Positions 8,747 to 17,787 of a DNA stretch of 47,580 nt are shown here, in pieces. Position 1 is the stretch's first letter. Each line of letters starts with the position of its first letter. The DNA comes from an uncultured Spirochaetaceae bacterium (GTDB lineage Bacteria > Spirochaetota > Spirochaetia > UBA9216): NCBI GenBank assembly GCA_964472775.1, contig CAYYNJ010000001.1:1-47580 (forward strand). The letters run 5' to 3'. The notes beneath the pieces were generated by a model. That model saw only the letters and a program-made list of their open reading frames with translations. It was not told the DNA's origin and made no database searches. A program made the position numbers and the translations under genes.

Positions 8747-10145
8747 CAGTTTGCCTCCTGTCCGTAATCCAGGGCATCCGGGGGGGAGAGAAGGGGATAG
8801 ACCTCCCGGAACCGACGGGCCAGGGTAAAGAGGCGGTTTTCACCGAAGGCGGGGGTCATGAACTGCACCGCCGTGGGAAGACCTTCTTTCAGGCCCGTGG
8901 GGACCGAAAGGGCCGGAAGGGCCGCCAGGTTGGCGGCGCCGGTGAACCGGTCCGCCAACTTCTGGTGAAACGGATCCAATCCTCCCTCGCCGTGGGGAAA
9001 GGCCTGGGTGGGAAAGACGGGCATCATCACCGCCCGGGCGGACCGGAAGACCCGGTCAAAGTCGTTCCTGATGGCGGTGCGGATTTTCTGGGCCCGGATG
9101 TAGTATTGATCTTGAAATCCCGAACGAAGCACGTAGGTTCCCAGGAGAATTCTCAGTTTTACCTCCGGTCCGAAGCCCTGGTGGCGGCTTTCTTGGACCA
9201 GGCTGTCGGGATCCTCTGCTCCGGCGGCGCGGAGGCCGTACCGGATGCCCGTGTACCGGGCCAGGTTGGCACTGGCTTCGGCGGTGGCGATGGTGTAGTA
9301 GGCGGGCACTCCGTACTCCAGGGTGGGCAGTTCCACCTCTTCCACCGGGTAGCCGAGTTTCTTTAAGGTTTCCACCGCCTCGTCGTAGGCGGCCTGCACC
9401 GGGGGGGTGAGACCCAGGTCTCCCCGGAGTACTCCCACGGGAGAACCGTCTTCGAGGTCTGCCAGCGGTGGATGAGCACCGCCGCCGTCTTCGGGATGGG
9501 CCAGGGAGGTATTGTCCCGGGGATCCATTCCCCGCATGGTTTTATAGACCGTTTCAAGCAGATCCACATCCTTGGCAAAGGCGCCTATCACCTCCAGCGA
9601 GGAGGCGTAGGCCACCAAACCGTACCGGGAAACCGTGCCGTAGGTGGGTTTCAGCCCGTAGACCCCGCAGAACGCCGCGGGCTGCCGAACCGATCCGCCG
9701 GTGTCGCTGCCCAGGGCAAAGGGTACCAGCCCCAGGGCCACCGCCGCGGCGGAGCCTCCGCTGGAGCCGCCCACCACCCTGGTGAGGTCCCAGGGGTTGT
9801 TGGTTTGCCCCAGGGCAGAGTCATCGGTGGAGGAGCCCATGCCGAACTCGTCCAAATTGGTTTTTCCCGCCGGCACCGCCCCGGCGTTTATCAGTTTCTC
9901 CACCGCCGTGGCGGAAAAGGGAGAGGTAAAATTTTCCAGAATTTTAGAGCCGCAGGTCAGGGGAAGCCCCGCCACGGCGATATTGTCTTTCACTCCGAAG
10001 GGCAGTCCCTGCAGGGGGCTCGAAGAGCCGCCGGCGGGGATCAAAGCATCGGCGTCCCGGAAGATGAGGCTGACATTTGTGCGGACGTTTTCAAATACTG
10101 TTCCCGTCCGGCGGAATCCTTCAGAATCTGGTTCCAGTTTTCCAT
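8746..10145 (-). CDS. gatA: amidotransferase subunit A, with an apparent frameshift near the 5' end
   Basis: Amidase signature GGSSGGSAAAV and GSDTGGSVRQPA in ORF 8746..10044. The SD-preceded ATG at 10145, just after the gatC stop, is in a different frame. See finding. Confidence 0.85.
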
Positions 10146-10157
10146 GGTATTTCCCCC

Positions 10158-10433
10158 TTACAGCACGTTCGGGATGGTAAAAAAACGTTCATCCCGTTCG
10201 GGGGCCCGGTCCAGCAGCTCGTCGGGGCTGCCCTTGCCGGGTTCGTCGGGACGAACCACATTCTCATCCTGAAAGGCGTGGGTTGTGGGGGCGAGATGGT
10301 CCACATCAATCTCTCTCATCTTAGAAAAATAGGAGAGCATCTGGTCCACCATCTCCGTTAATTTTTGCGCCTCCTCGTCTCCCAGGGAAAGACGGGCCAA
10401 GGCCGCGGTGGTTTTCAGTTCTGATTTGTCCAT
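10158..10433 (-). CDS. gatC: amidotransferase subunit C
   Basis: 91-aa ORF immediately upstream of gatA. GatC-like LARLSL..EE......L..IL.....L..VD. Confidence 0.9.
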   Translation of the reverse strand: MDKSELKTTAALARLSLGDEEAQKLTEMVDQMLSYFSKMREIDVDHLAPTTHAFQDENVVRPDEPGKGSPDELLDRAPERDERFFTIPNVL

Positions 10434-10569
10434 AGATGCTCACAATACTTTGGATGGGAGCATTTAGTCAATCCGCCTATCATTCTTATCTAAATCTTGT
10501 TGATTCTATAGAGATTTTGAAATAAAATAGGGGTATCTTTGAAATAGTCTAAATATGAGGAACTCATTG

Positions 10570-11028
10570 ATGGGATATGAATTGGATGATCTGGACCGTA
10601 AAATTGTTCAAGAGCTGCAGCGGGACTCGCGAAAACCCTTTCAGGAAATAGCCCGGGATCTGAAGGTTTCCGGCGGTACCGTCCATGTCCGCTACAACAA
10701 AATGAAAGAAGAAGGGTTTATCCGGGGGGGGCGGCTTGCCTTGGATCCCCAGAAGCTGGGTTACACGGTTTGTGCCTTCATCGGAATTAATCTGCATAAT
10801 GCCCGGGATGTCAATAAGGTGGTGCAGGAGCTGTCCCATCTGCCCCAGATTGTGGAGGCCCACTTTACCACCGGCAGCTACAACCTCTTTTTAAAGGTGG
10901 TGGAAAAAAGCATCCCCGGCCTTCACACCTTCCTGGCGGAAAATCTTCAGGTAATTCCCGAGATACAATCTACCGAGACCCTGCTTTCCCTCGATATGGT
11001 GATAGAGCGGGAAATAATCCTTCCATGA
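10570..11028 (+). CDS. Lrp/AsnC-family transcriptional regulator
   Basis: LDDLDRKIVQELQRDSRKPFQEIARDLKVSGGTVHVR HTH plus a C-terminal RAM/AsnC_trans_reg-like half. The ATG at 10570 has a GAGGA 8 nt upstream. The ORF track starts at 10555. Confidence 0.85.
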   Translation: MGYELDDLDRKIVQELQRDSRKPFQEIARDLKVSGGTVHVRYNKMKEEGFIRGGRLALDPQKLGYTVCAFIGINLHNARDVNKVVQELSHLPQIVEAHFTTGSYNLFLKVVEKSIPGLHTFLAENLQVIPEIQSTETLLSLDMVIEREIILP

Positions 11029-11105
11029 CGGGAAGATGATGCTCTTTTTTTCGGAAAGAATCCCCTCTTCTTGCGGTTGCGGTACCATTACAGTAGTATT
11101 GTAGC

Positions 11106-13322
11106 ATGGGACTGCTCCATACGGCCGCTACAAAGCGGGATGATGAAGGGCGGCGGGAGAGAGATCATCTTCCAGCCGCTCCGCGGACTGCAGATACAAA
11201 CTCCCCCTCTTCATTCCGGCCGGGCTGCCGTATCTGTGATCTTCTTTTTGATCAGAACGATCACGGCTTGGTGCTTATCGATCCCCAAGGGGCGGTCATC
11301 CGTTCTAACCTGGAAAAACAAAATCTCTATACTGCCCCTTTTCCTCAGACCCTGACGGGGGTTCTGAAAATCATCCACTCCCAATACTGGGGGGAATTGT
11401 CCCAGGGAATTGAAAGTCTGTTTCAAGGCCAGCGGAACCGGTTTTCCTTTGAAGGAGAATCATCCGGCAACGGCTGGATCCATGTGGAGGCCCACCTTGT
11501 CAGGGATAGTGATGAAGAACCGTCTTCGGTGCTTCTCTCAATCCGGGATTTAAGCGAGAAGATGAAGCTTAACCAGCAGGTAGCCTGGGCGGAAACCCAT
11601 TCGGCCATGCTGCTCAAGGCTATTCCGGATGTGATGCTGCGCTTTAACTACAAGGGCATTTTGATCGATTCTTTTCTACCCGAAGACTTTTCCCTTCTTT
11701 TTGAAGAGGCTCCCGCCTTGGGCCAGGTTCTCGAGCGTTTTTTCCCCGCCGATGTGAGTGAAAGAATCCGCCGGCAGATGGAGTTGATTAGGCAGGACGG
11801 AAAGATGAAGGTCTTCAGTTTCACCACCCGCCGGCGGGGAAGACTTCACTACTTCGAGGCCAGGCTGCTGGCCATGGAGGAGGGACGTTTCTTTATCCTC
11901 CTGAGAAACATCGATAAGCTGCGCCGTCAGATGAACTCCCTGCAGAAAAGCCGGGAACTTTTCCGGGTTACCATCGGTTCCCTGGTGGACGGTGTCATCA
12001 TCACCGACCGTCGGGGCCGTATCCAGGAGATAAACGAAACGGTAACTGCCATGCTGGGGGTTACCGTGGAAGAGGCTCTGGGGAAACCTTTCTGGACGGT
12101 GATTCATCCCCGGACCGAAGGGTGGGATGACCACCGGAAGCAGCTCATGACCCGGGTTTTTCAGAAAAGGGAAACCGCCAGCCTCGAAGAGGGCATTGCC
12201 GTGGTGAGTCCCCAGGGAGACATCCGGGTCCTGACCCTCTACTATTCGCCCATCGAACGGGATGAGAAAGAACTGCTCTGGGGGGGAGTCCTTATCCTGC
12301 GGGATGTGACCAGCCAGTACGACTGGAAAAACAAGGTTAAGTTTTTAAGTTTTCACGATAGGCTTACGGGGTTGTACAACCGGTCATTTTTTGATGAGGA
12401 GATGCGCCGGATCGAGCGGGAAGCGGTTTTTCCTCTCTCCATCATTAATATGGACATGAACGGCCTCAAGCTGGCCAACGACGGTTTCGGCCACGAAGAG
12501 GGGGACCGGCTGCTCAAGAAGCTGGCGGCGGTGCTTCAGTCGGTTTGCCGGCGTGATGATGTGGTGGCTCGTTGCGGGGGCGATGAATTTTCGGTCATTC
12601 TTCCCGGGGCGACCGCAGAGGTAACGCAGGTCATTGTGGGCCGGATCCGGGAAAAAACTGAAGAGATAAATCTGGAAGAGGGCGTCGTTCCTCTGAGTTT
12701 CGCCGTCGGTATGGCCACCCTGCAGGAGGGGGAATCTCCCCAGGAAATGATGGCCCGGGCCGATGAAGCCATGTACAAAGACAAGCTTGATAACCGGCAA
12801 TCCTTCCGGGACAGGGTTTACGAGACCTTCCGGAAATCTCTCATAGAACTGCAGTTTAAGAGCCCCGAAAGGATGACCGCCTTGGGCGACTTATCCCGGC
12901 GGTTCGGTGAATACCTGGACTATGACGAGGTCATGATCGACCGGCTGGAGCAGCTGTCTTTCTTCGGTGTCATAGGGGTGCTGGAGCAGGGAAGCCTGGC
13001 GGAGGATCTGTTTTCCAACGACAGCCAAGAGGCCCAGGAGCGGTGCGCCGTGGTGGGTTACCGGGTCGCCTTGACCCTTCCTCAGCTGGCGCCCCTGGCG
13101 GACGAAATATTAGCCCGTTTTGAGCGGTGGGACGGAAAGGGTGTTCCCCGGGGTATTCCCGGAGAGGATATTCCCCTGCTCTCCCGGACCGTGAGAGTGG
13201 TGACCGCCTACTTCTTTGCCCCTTCCCCGGAAGAGGGGGTTAAACGGCTTAACGAAAGGGCCGGCAACGTGTTAGACCCATCCCTGGCGGAAAGTTTCCT
13301 CTTTTTCTTGGAAAATGAATAG
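11106..13322 (+). CDS. PAS-containing diguanylate cyclase (GGDEF) with a C-terminal degenerate HD-GYP-like domain
   Basis: Intact RCGGDEFSV motif with RLTGLYNR upstream. In the C-terminal ~150 aa, FFGVIG replaces HDxGK and WDGKGVP replaces the GYP motif. The true start is uncertain. Confidence 0.85.
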   Translation: MGLLHTAATKRDDEGRRERDHLPAAPRTADTNSPSSFRPGCRICDLLFDQNDHGLVLIDPQGAVIRSNLEKQNLYTAPFPQTLTGVLKIIHSQYWGELSQGIESLFQGQRNRFSFEGESSGNGWIHVEAHLVRDSDEEPSSVLLSIRDLSEKMKLNQQVAWAETHSAMLLKAIPDVMLRFNYKGILIDSFLPEDFSLLFEEAPALGQVLERFFPADVSERIRRQMELIRQDGKMKVFSFTTRRRGRLHYFEARLLAMEEGRFFILLRNIDKLRRQMNSLQKSRELFRVTIGSLVDGVIITDRRGRIQEINETVTAMLGVTVEEALGKPFWTVIHPRTEGWDDHRKQLMTRVFQKRETASLEEGIAVVSPQGDIRVLTLYYSPIERDEKELLWGGVLILRDVTSQYDWKNKVKFLSFHDRLTGLYNRSFFDEEMRRIEREAVFPLSIINMDMNGLKLANDGFGHEEGDRLLKKLAAVLQSVCRRDDVVARCGGDEFSVILPGATAEVTQVIVGRIREKTEEINLEEGVVPLSFAVGMATLQEGESPQEMMARADEAMYKDKLDNRQSFRDRVYETFRKSLIELQFKSPERMTALGDLSRRFGEYLDYDEVMIDRLEQLSFFGVIGVLEQGSLAEDLFSNDSQEAQERCAVVGYRVALTLPQLAPLADEILARFERWDGKGVPRGIPGEDIPLLSRTVRVVTAYFFAPSPEEGVKRLNERAGNVLDPSLAESFLFFLENE

Positions 13323-13373
13323 TTTACCCTTCTCTTCGGCGGCGCTGGGCGGCTTTCCGGGCCCCCGGGCCGG

Positions 13374-14396
13374 TTATCGAAGATAACTGGCAGCGGTATA
13401 CCCCACGTATAGAAGCAGGAGAACGATCCCCTGCCGCGGCCGGATGGCCTTTCTTTCAAAATGAGAGATCCCCTTGAAGGTGAGAAGAATCAGCAGCATC
13501 ACCGGAAGCTGAAGGAAGTAAAAACTCGGAGGAACCAATAGTCCGCCCCGGGTGGCCGAGGCGGAAAACCCCACCACAAAGAGAACATTCAAAATATCCG
13601 CGCCGATGATGTTGCCTATGGCCAATTCGCCGTGCCCCTTCCGGGCGGCGGTAACTGCGGTTACCAGCTCGGGGAGGCTTGTTCCGAAAGCCACCAGGGT
13701 GGCGGCGATCACCGCCTGGGGGATGCCGATCCGGAAGGCGGAAACTTCCACCGCAGGAATCAGCACCTTAGACGAAAGAATGATCAGGGCCACCCCCGCC
13801 GCCAGCTTGAGAAGCAGTATCGCCGCCGGGGCGGGTTTGGTTTCCTCTTCCACCTCTTCGGTCATCTCCATGATGGCCCCTCTGGACCAGCGGATGGAAA
13901 CCCAGAGATAGAGGGCTAAAAGGATGACAAAGAGAAATCCCACCGCTTGGGGGATCCTGCCCCCCAGGGGGGCATCCCGAAAGAAGGTGGCGTAGGGAAG
14001 GCTCACCACCACCAGAAGAACACCCGCTCCCAGCTGAAGCCAGCCCTGGCGGTTTACCATCTGTTTGTCTAGGGTGAGGGGTCCGATAAGGGAGGCCACA
14101 CCGATGATCAAGCCCGTATCACATATGATGGACCCCACGGCATTTCCCAGGGCCAGGTCGGGGTTTCCCTGAATCGCCGCCAGAACCGATACCGCCGCCT
14201 CCGGCAGGGTGGTTCCCAGGCTCACGATGGTGGCTCCGATGAGAACCTTGGGTATCCGCCAGAGGATGGACAGCCGTACCGCCTCTTCCACCAGGATGTC
14301 TGCTCCCTTGCTTAGGGTGAAGAGGGTGGCGAAGATGATGAGAAAGAGAATGATGGTGGGAAGAGATTCTATGATTCCCAAAATAAAGGCGTCCAT
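13374..14396 (-). CDS. CaCA-family cation/Ca2+ antiporter (YrbG-like)
   Basis: Two alpha-repeats, GTTLPEAAVS and GTSLPELVTA, plus GNAVGS and GNIIGA. The likely start is the ATG at 14396 (MDAFILG). The ORF track extends to 14450. Confidence 0.85.
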   Translation of the reverse strand: MDAFILGIIESLPTIILFLIIFATLFTLSKGADILVEEAVRLSILWRIPKVLIGATIVSLGTTLPEAAVSVLAAIQGNPDLALGNAVGSIICDTGLIIGVASLIGPLTLDKQMVNRQGWLQLGAGVLLVVVSLPYATFFRDAPLGGRIPQAVGFLFVILLALYLWVSIRWSRGAIMEMTEEVEEETKPAPAAILLLKLAAGVALIILSSKVLIPAVEVSAFRIGIPQAVIAATLVAFGTSLPELVTAVTAARKGHGELAIGNIIGADILNVLFVVGFSASATRGGLLVPPSFYFLQLPVMLLILLTFKGISHFERKAIRPRQGIVLLLLYVGYTAASYLR

Positions 14397-14465
14397 GGCG
14401 GCTCCTATTCCGGTGCGGGGACGGGGATAAAAAAAGACCCCTATCCACATCCTCCCGCTGCCGAA

Positions 14466-14497
14466 AACAAACGAAGAAAACGCCCCGTCCGGCGGCG
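14466..14497 (-). terminator. candidate terminator/expression platform of the riboswitch
   Basis: The minus strand reads CGCCGCCGGACGGGGCG followed by UUUUCUUCGUUUGUUUU, between the aptamer and the start codon. Confidence 0.4.
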
Positions 14498-14519
14498 AAG
14501 TTCCTCACAGGTAGATTTG

Positions 14520-14668
14520 GATAAAGGTCTTGCTGTACCCGTAGAAAACGGGTGAGGCCCGCCGGGTTAAAAATCCATCTGGAAATTCAACCGTACTGAC
14601 GACGGGCTTCTTCCCGGTCCGTCCCGCCCTGGGGGGAACTACCGGGAATGGGCTACTCCCCTTCTGTT
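14520..14668 (-). promoter_or_regulatory. yybP-ykoY (Mn2+) riboswitch aptamer
   Basis: The minus strand reads GAAGGGGAGUAGC...CCCGUCGUCAGUACGG...ACCCGGC...CCCGUUUUCUACGGGUACAGCAAGACCUUU. These match the conserved family blocks (GGGGAGUAG, GUCGUCA, CCGGC, AGCAAGACC) with a closing P1 GAAGG/CCUUU. Confidence 0.8.
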
Positions 14669-14674
14669 TCTCTC

Positions 14675-14703
14675 ATAGTATAAAACAGCCGGGGCGGTGT
14701 CAA
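14675..14703 (-). promoter_or_regulatory. sigma70-type promoter driving the riboswitch-antiporter transcript
   Basis: Minus strand: TTGACA (14703-14698), 17-nt spacer, TACTAT (14680-14675), about 8 nt upstream of the aptamer. Confidence 0.5.
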
Positions 14704-14796
14704 GGTAACCCCCTGGGCGGTGATTTCTATTTTGCCAAAGACCCCATCAGGATAAAATATTAAAAGCTAATCGGTACAGCTTCGAGGTTTTTATTA

Positions 14797-15624
14797 TCAA
14801 AGTAATAAAGACTCTTTTTTGACCCGGTTTTTCATGTTCAGCATGGTTGTAACCAGGATTCGTTTTCTGTATTTAATTTCCCGGGCCTTTTTCCCGCAAA
14901 TTCTCACACAAGCGAAGCATCTTAAGCATTTTTCTTCATCGATGAACAAACTCTCGTCAATGGCTCCCATGGGGCACTTTAAAATACAACGGCGGCAGTT
15001 GGTACATGATGAATTAATCACAGGGGGTTTCGTGAAAAGCTTGGCACTCCCCTTTGGAAGGATCCGTGCCATGAGAGGTAACTTCCCCGGGATTTCATCA
15101 GGGGCGAGGGGGGGGCTCTTTGTTAGAAGTCGAGATACAAACAGCTCGGCAAGTTTTTTGGCATCCTCTTTGTCATTTTCATCCGGTCTGCCTTTTGCCA
15201 GGGGTGTTTCCTGGCTTGAAAAGGAGTGTTCTCCGATAAAGGCTCCGAGGGCTATGGGGGATAGTCCTTTTTTTGTTAGTTCGCCATGTATTTGTTTCAA
15301 ACTTAAACCATAGCCGATATTCCCATAGACGGCGAATGCCAAAACCGGCTGGCCCTGGAATTGGTTTTTCCGGAGACAATCAACCACAACCTCGGGAAGA
15401 TATTCTTCATATACAGGCGCCCCGAAGACCACTAGGTCGGAGGCTACAAGGATGTCTCCCGATCTCACTCGGGGATCAGTTAAGTTTATTTCCTCGACAT
15501 GCGGCACACCGAGCTTTTGGACCATGGTGTCGGCTATTATTTTGGTGGTACCGGTGGGGGAAAAGTAAAGAAGAGACAAGCTTTGGGGCCCCAAGTTTTC
15601 TCTGCCTTCATTTTGGTTGGTCAT
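14797..15624 (-). CDS. flavodoxin-like protein fused to a 4Fe-4S ferredoxin domain (EFR1-like)
   Basis: N-terminus LLYFSPTGTTK is flavodoxin-like. C-terminus has CTNCRRCILKCP and CLRCFACVRICG, two CxxCxxCxxxC clusters. Confidence 0.7.
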   Translation of the reverse strand: MTNQNEGRENLGPQSLSLLYFSPTGTTKIIADTMVQKLGVPHVEEINLTDPRVRSGDILVASDLVVFGAPVYEEYLPEVVVDCLRKNQFQGQPVLAFAVYGNIGYGLSLKQIHGELTKKGLSPIALGAFIGEHSFSSQETPLAKGRPDENDKEDAKKLAELFVSRLLTKSPPLAPDEIPGKLPLMARILPKGSAKLFTKPPVINSSCTNCRRCILKCPMGAIDESLFIDEEKCLRCFACVRICGKKAREIKYRKRILVTTMLNMKNRVKKESLLL

Positions 15625-15625
15625 T

Positions 15626-16438
15626 CTACTCCTCCATCTCCCTAAGCCGGTCTTCTATTTCCTGAAGTTTGGCTTCCAGGGTCCGGATGGTGTTTTCGAG
15701 CTTCTGTTTTTCCTTCTGCAGCTGGGGCAAGCCCGGCTCCTGGGGCTCCTTCGGTGACGGTTTAACCGCCGCCTTGGCCACATCCCGGCTCTCACCGCCC
15801 AGAAGCCGCCGGGTCAGTTCTTCCCGGAGTTCCTGCTTTTTTTCTCCGGCGATGAGTTTCAGGTTTTCATATCCCAGCCGGGGCGGTACATCCAGGGAGG
15901 GAATCTTCATGATGGTTTTTATGGTTGACTGGTCAAACTGTAGGACCCGTTCCACATAATCTTCAAACCGGAGGCCGTGGATCTCACAGAGACCCTGGGC
16001 CTTAATGAGCATAATGCCAAATTCCCGGGCTTGCTGCCCCTGGGTGGTGAGAATTTTTTGCCGTATTTCTTCGGTAAGGGCCTGCATGTCCGGGTTGGCG
16101 GTGAAGGGGTTCTCCATGAGTTTCATCTTTTCGGCTTTTTCCAAAAGGCCGTGGAAGATCCGGCGGAACTCTCTGGTGTGGGCCCGCATACCCACCGGAC
16201 CGGCGGCGGTGGTGAAATGGATGTGATGGGCGAATTCGTGGACCGCCGTGTAGAGCAGGGCCCCCTCCCGGAATCCTTTATCAGAGACAAAGTTCCGGTT
16301 ATGGATGATGATTTCTTTTTTTTCGGGGTGGTAAACCCCGTAGGCTTTCCGGCTTTCTTTACCGGAAAAGAGAAGGGTGAAGGGTTCTGCCTGGGGTTCT
16401 AGTTTCCTCAGGATGTCCGTAACTTGGTCTTGATTCAT
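15626..16438 (-). CDS. SprT-like HExxH metallopeptidase-fold protein with a C-terminal coiled coil
   Basis: AVHEFAHHIHF (HExxH) followed by HTREFRRIF. The K/E/Q-rich C-terminus is predicted coiled coil. The ATG at 16438 (MNQDQV) is preferred over the ORF-track start at 16528, which translates an A/T-rich promoter region. Confidence 0.5.
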   Translation of the reverse strand: MNQDQVTDILRKLEPQAEPFTLLFSGKESRKAYGVYHPEKKEIIIHNRNFVSDKGFREGALLYTAVHEFAHHIHFTTAAGPVGMRAHTREFRRIFHGLLEKAEKMKLMENPFTANPDMQALTEEIRQKILTTQGQQAREFGIMLIKAQGLCEIHGLRFEDYVERVLQFDQSTIKTIMKIPSLDVPPRLGYENLKLIAGEKKQELREELTRRLLGGESRDVAKAAVKPSPKEPQEPGLPQLQKEKQKLENTIRTLEAKLQEIEDRLREMEE

Positions 16439-16527
16439 GAAAAGGAGAGTAGAGGATGGAGAGGCTTGTGACAAGGGGCAGAAAAAAGCAAAAAAAATCT
16501 TTTTTGCCTTATTATCAGACAATAGCA

Positions 16528-16555
16528 TTGACAGAACATTGGGATGTGTTACAAT
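16528..16555 (+). promoter_or_regulatory. sigma70-type promoter for tal
   Basis: TTGACA (16528-16533), 16-nt spacer, TACAAT (16550-16555), about 40 nt upstream of the tal start. Confidence 0.5.
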
Positions 16556-16596
16556 AAGAGAGTAGACTTGAATAAATACCGAGAGGAGGATTTGAT

Positions 16597-17670
16597 ATGA
16601 CTTATAAAGGACCTTTGCACGAGACCGTAGAAACCACCGCCACCGAGGTGTGGAACGATTCCTGCGCCGTCTCTGAGCTGAAATACGCCATCGAAAACGG
16701 GGCGGTGGGAGCCACCACTAACCCGGTTATCGTGGGTAACGTTTTAGACATCGAGATGAATCTTTGGGAAGGCCGCATCAAAGAGCTCATCAAACAAATG
16801 CCCGAAGCCACCGAAGAAGAGATTGCCTGGAAATTGAACGAAGAAATGGCCATCAAGGGCGCCGAGATGCTCAAACCTGTTTTCGATGCCTCTAAGGGCA
16901 AAAAAGGCCGGATCAGCATCCAGACCAACGCTAAATACTACAGAAACTGGAAATTGATGGCCGACCAAGCCATTTATTTTGATACATTAGCGGAGAATAT
17001 GCAGGTGAAGATGCCTGTCACCGCTGCGGGGGTTAAGGCCATCGAGGAGGCCACCGCCGCAGGGGTGAACATCAATGCCACCGTCAGCTTTACCGTGCCC
17101 CAGGCTTTAGCCGTGGCGGAGGCGGTGGAGCGTGGCCTTAAACGCCGGGAAGCCGAGGGACACGATGTGAGCGGGATGATTCCCGTTTGTACCATCATGG
17201 TGGGCCGAACCGACGACTGGCTTAAAATTGTGGCATCCAAAGAAAAAGCCGTTACCACCCCGGGTGTTCTGGATTGGGCCGGGGTGGCGGTTTTTAAGAA
17301 CGCCTACCGGATCTATCAGGAGAAGGGTTACCGGACCCGGCTGCTGGCGGCGGCTTACCGGAACCACCTTCACTGGAGTGAGTTCATCGGCGGAAATGTG
17401 GTACTCACCATTCCCTATAAGTGGCAGGTGATGTTCAACAAGAGCGATGTGGAAGTGAAAAACCGGATGGATAAACCGGTGGATCCCGCCATTCTGGCAG
17501 AGCTGAAGAAGTTTCCCGAATTCCTCAAGGCCTACGAACCCGACGGGTTGAAGCCGGAAGAATTTGAGACGTACGGTGCCACCGCCCGGACCCTCCGGGG
17601 TTTTATCGAGGGGTACCACTACCTTCTCGGGGTCATCCGGGATTTCATGATGCCCAATCCGGATAAATAG
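16597..17670 (+). CDS. tal: transaldolase-family protein
   Basis: 357 aa. Motifs GATTNPVIV, RISIQTNA and the rest of the fold are typical of transaldolases. Confidence 0.85.
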   Translation: MTYKGPLHETVETTATEVWNDSCAVSELKYAIENGAVGATTNPVIVGNVLDIEMNLWEGRIKELIKQMPEATEEEIAWKLNEEMAIKGAEMLKPVFDASKGKKGRISIQTNAKYYRNWKLMADQAIYFDTLAENMQVKMPVTAAGVKAIEEATAAGVNINATVSFTVPQALAVAEAVERGLKRREAEGHDVSGMIPVCTIMVGRTDDWLKIVASKEKAVTTPGVLDWAGVAVFKNAYRIYQEKGYRTRLLAAAYRNHLHWSEFIGGNVVLTIPYKWQVMFNKSDVEVKNRMDKPVDPAILAELKKFPEFLKAYEPDGLKPEEFETYGATARTLRGFIEGYHYLLGVIRDFMMPNPDK

Positions 17671-17705
17671 GAAAAAACCAAGTACCCGGTGTTTCGCACC
17701 GGGGA

Positions 17706-17757
17706 TAAAAAAACCGGCTCAAGTCTCCTTCCGGAGGCTTTTAGCCGGTTTTTTTTT
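17706..17757. terminator. bidirectional intrinsic terminator between tal and the GntR gene
   Basis: Hairpin AACCGGCT...AGCCGGTT (17712-17750) flanked by A7 on the left and T9 on the right. Confidence 0.7.
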
Positions 17758-17787
17758 GCTCTTTCCGATTTCGGGAAGCGGCCTCGT

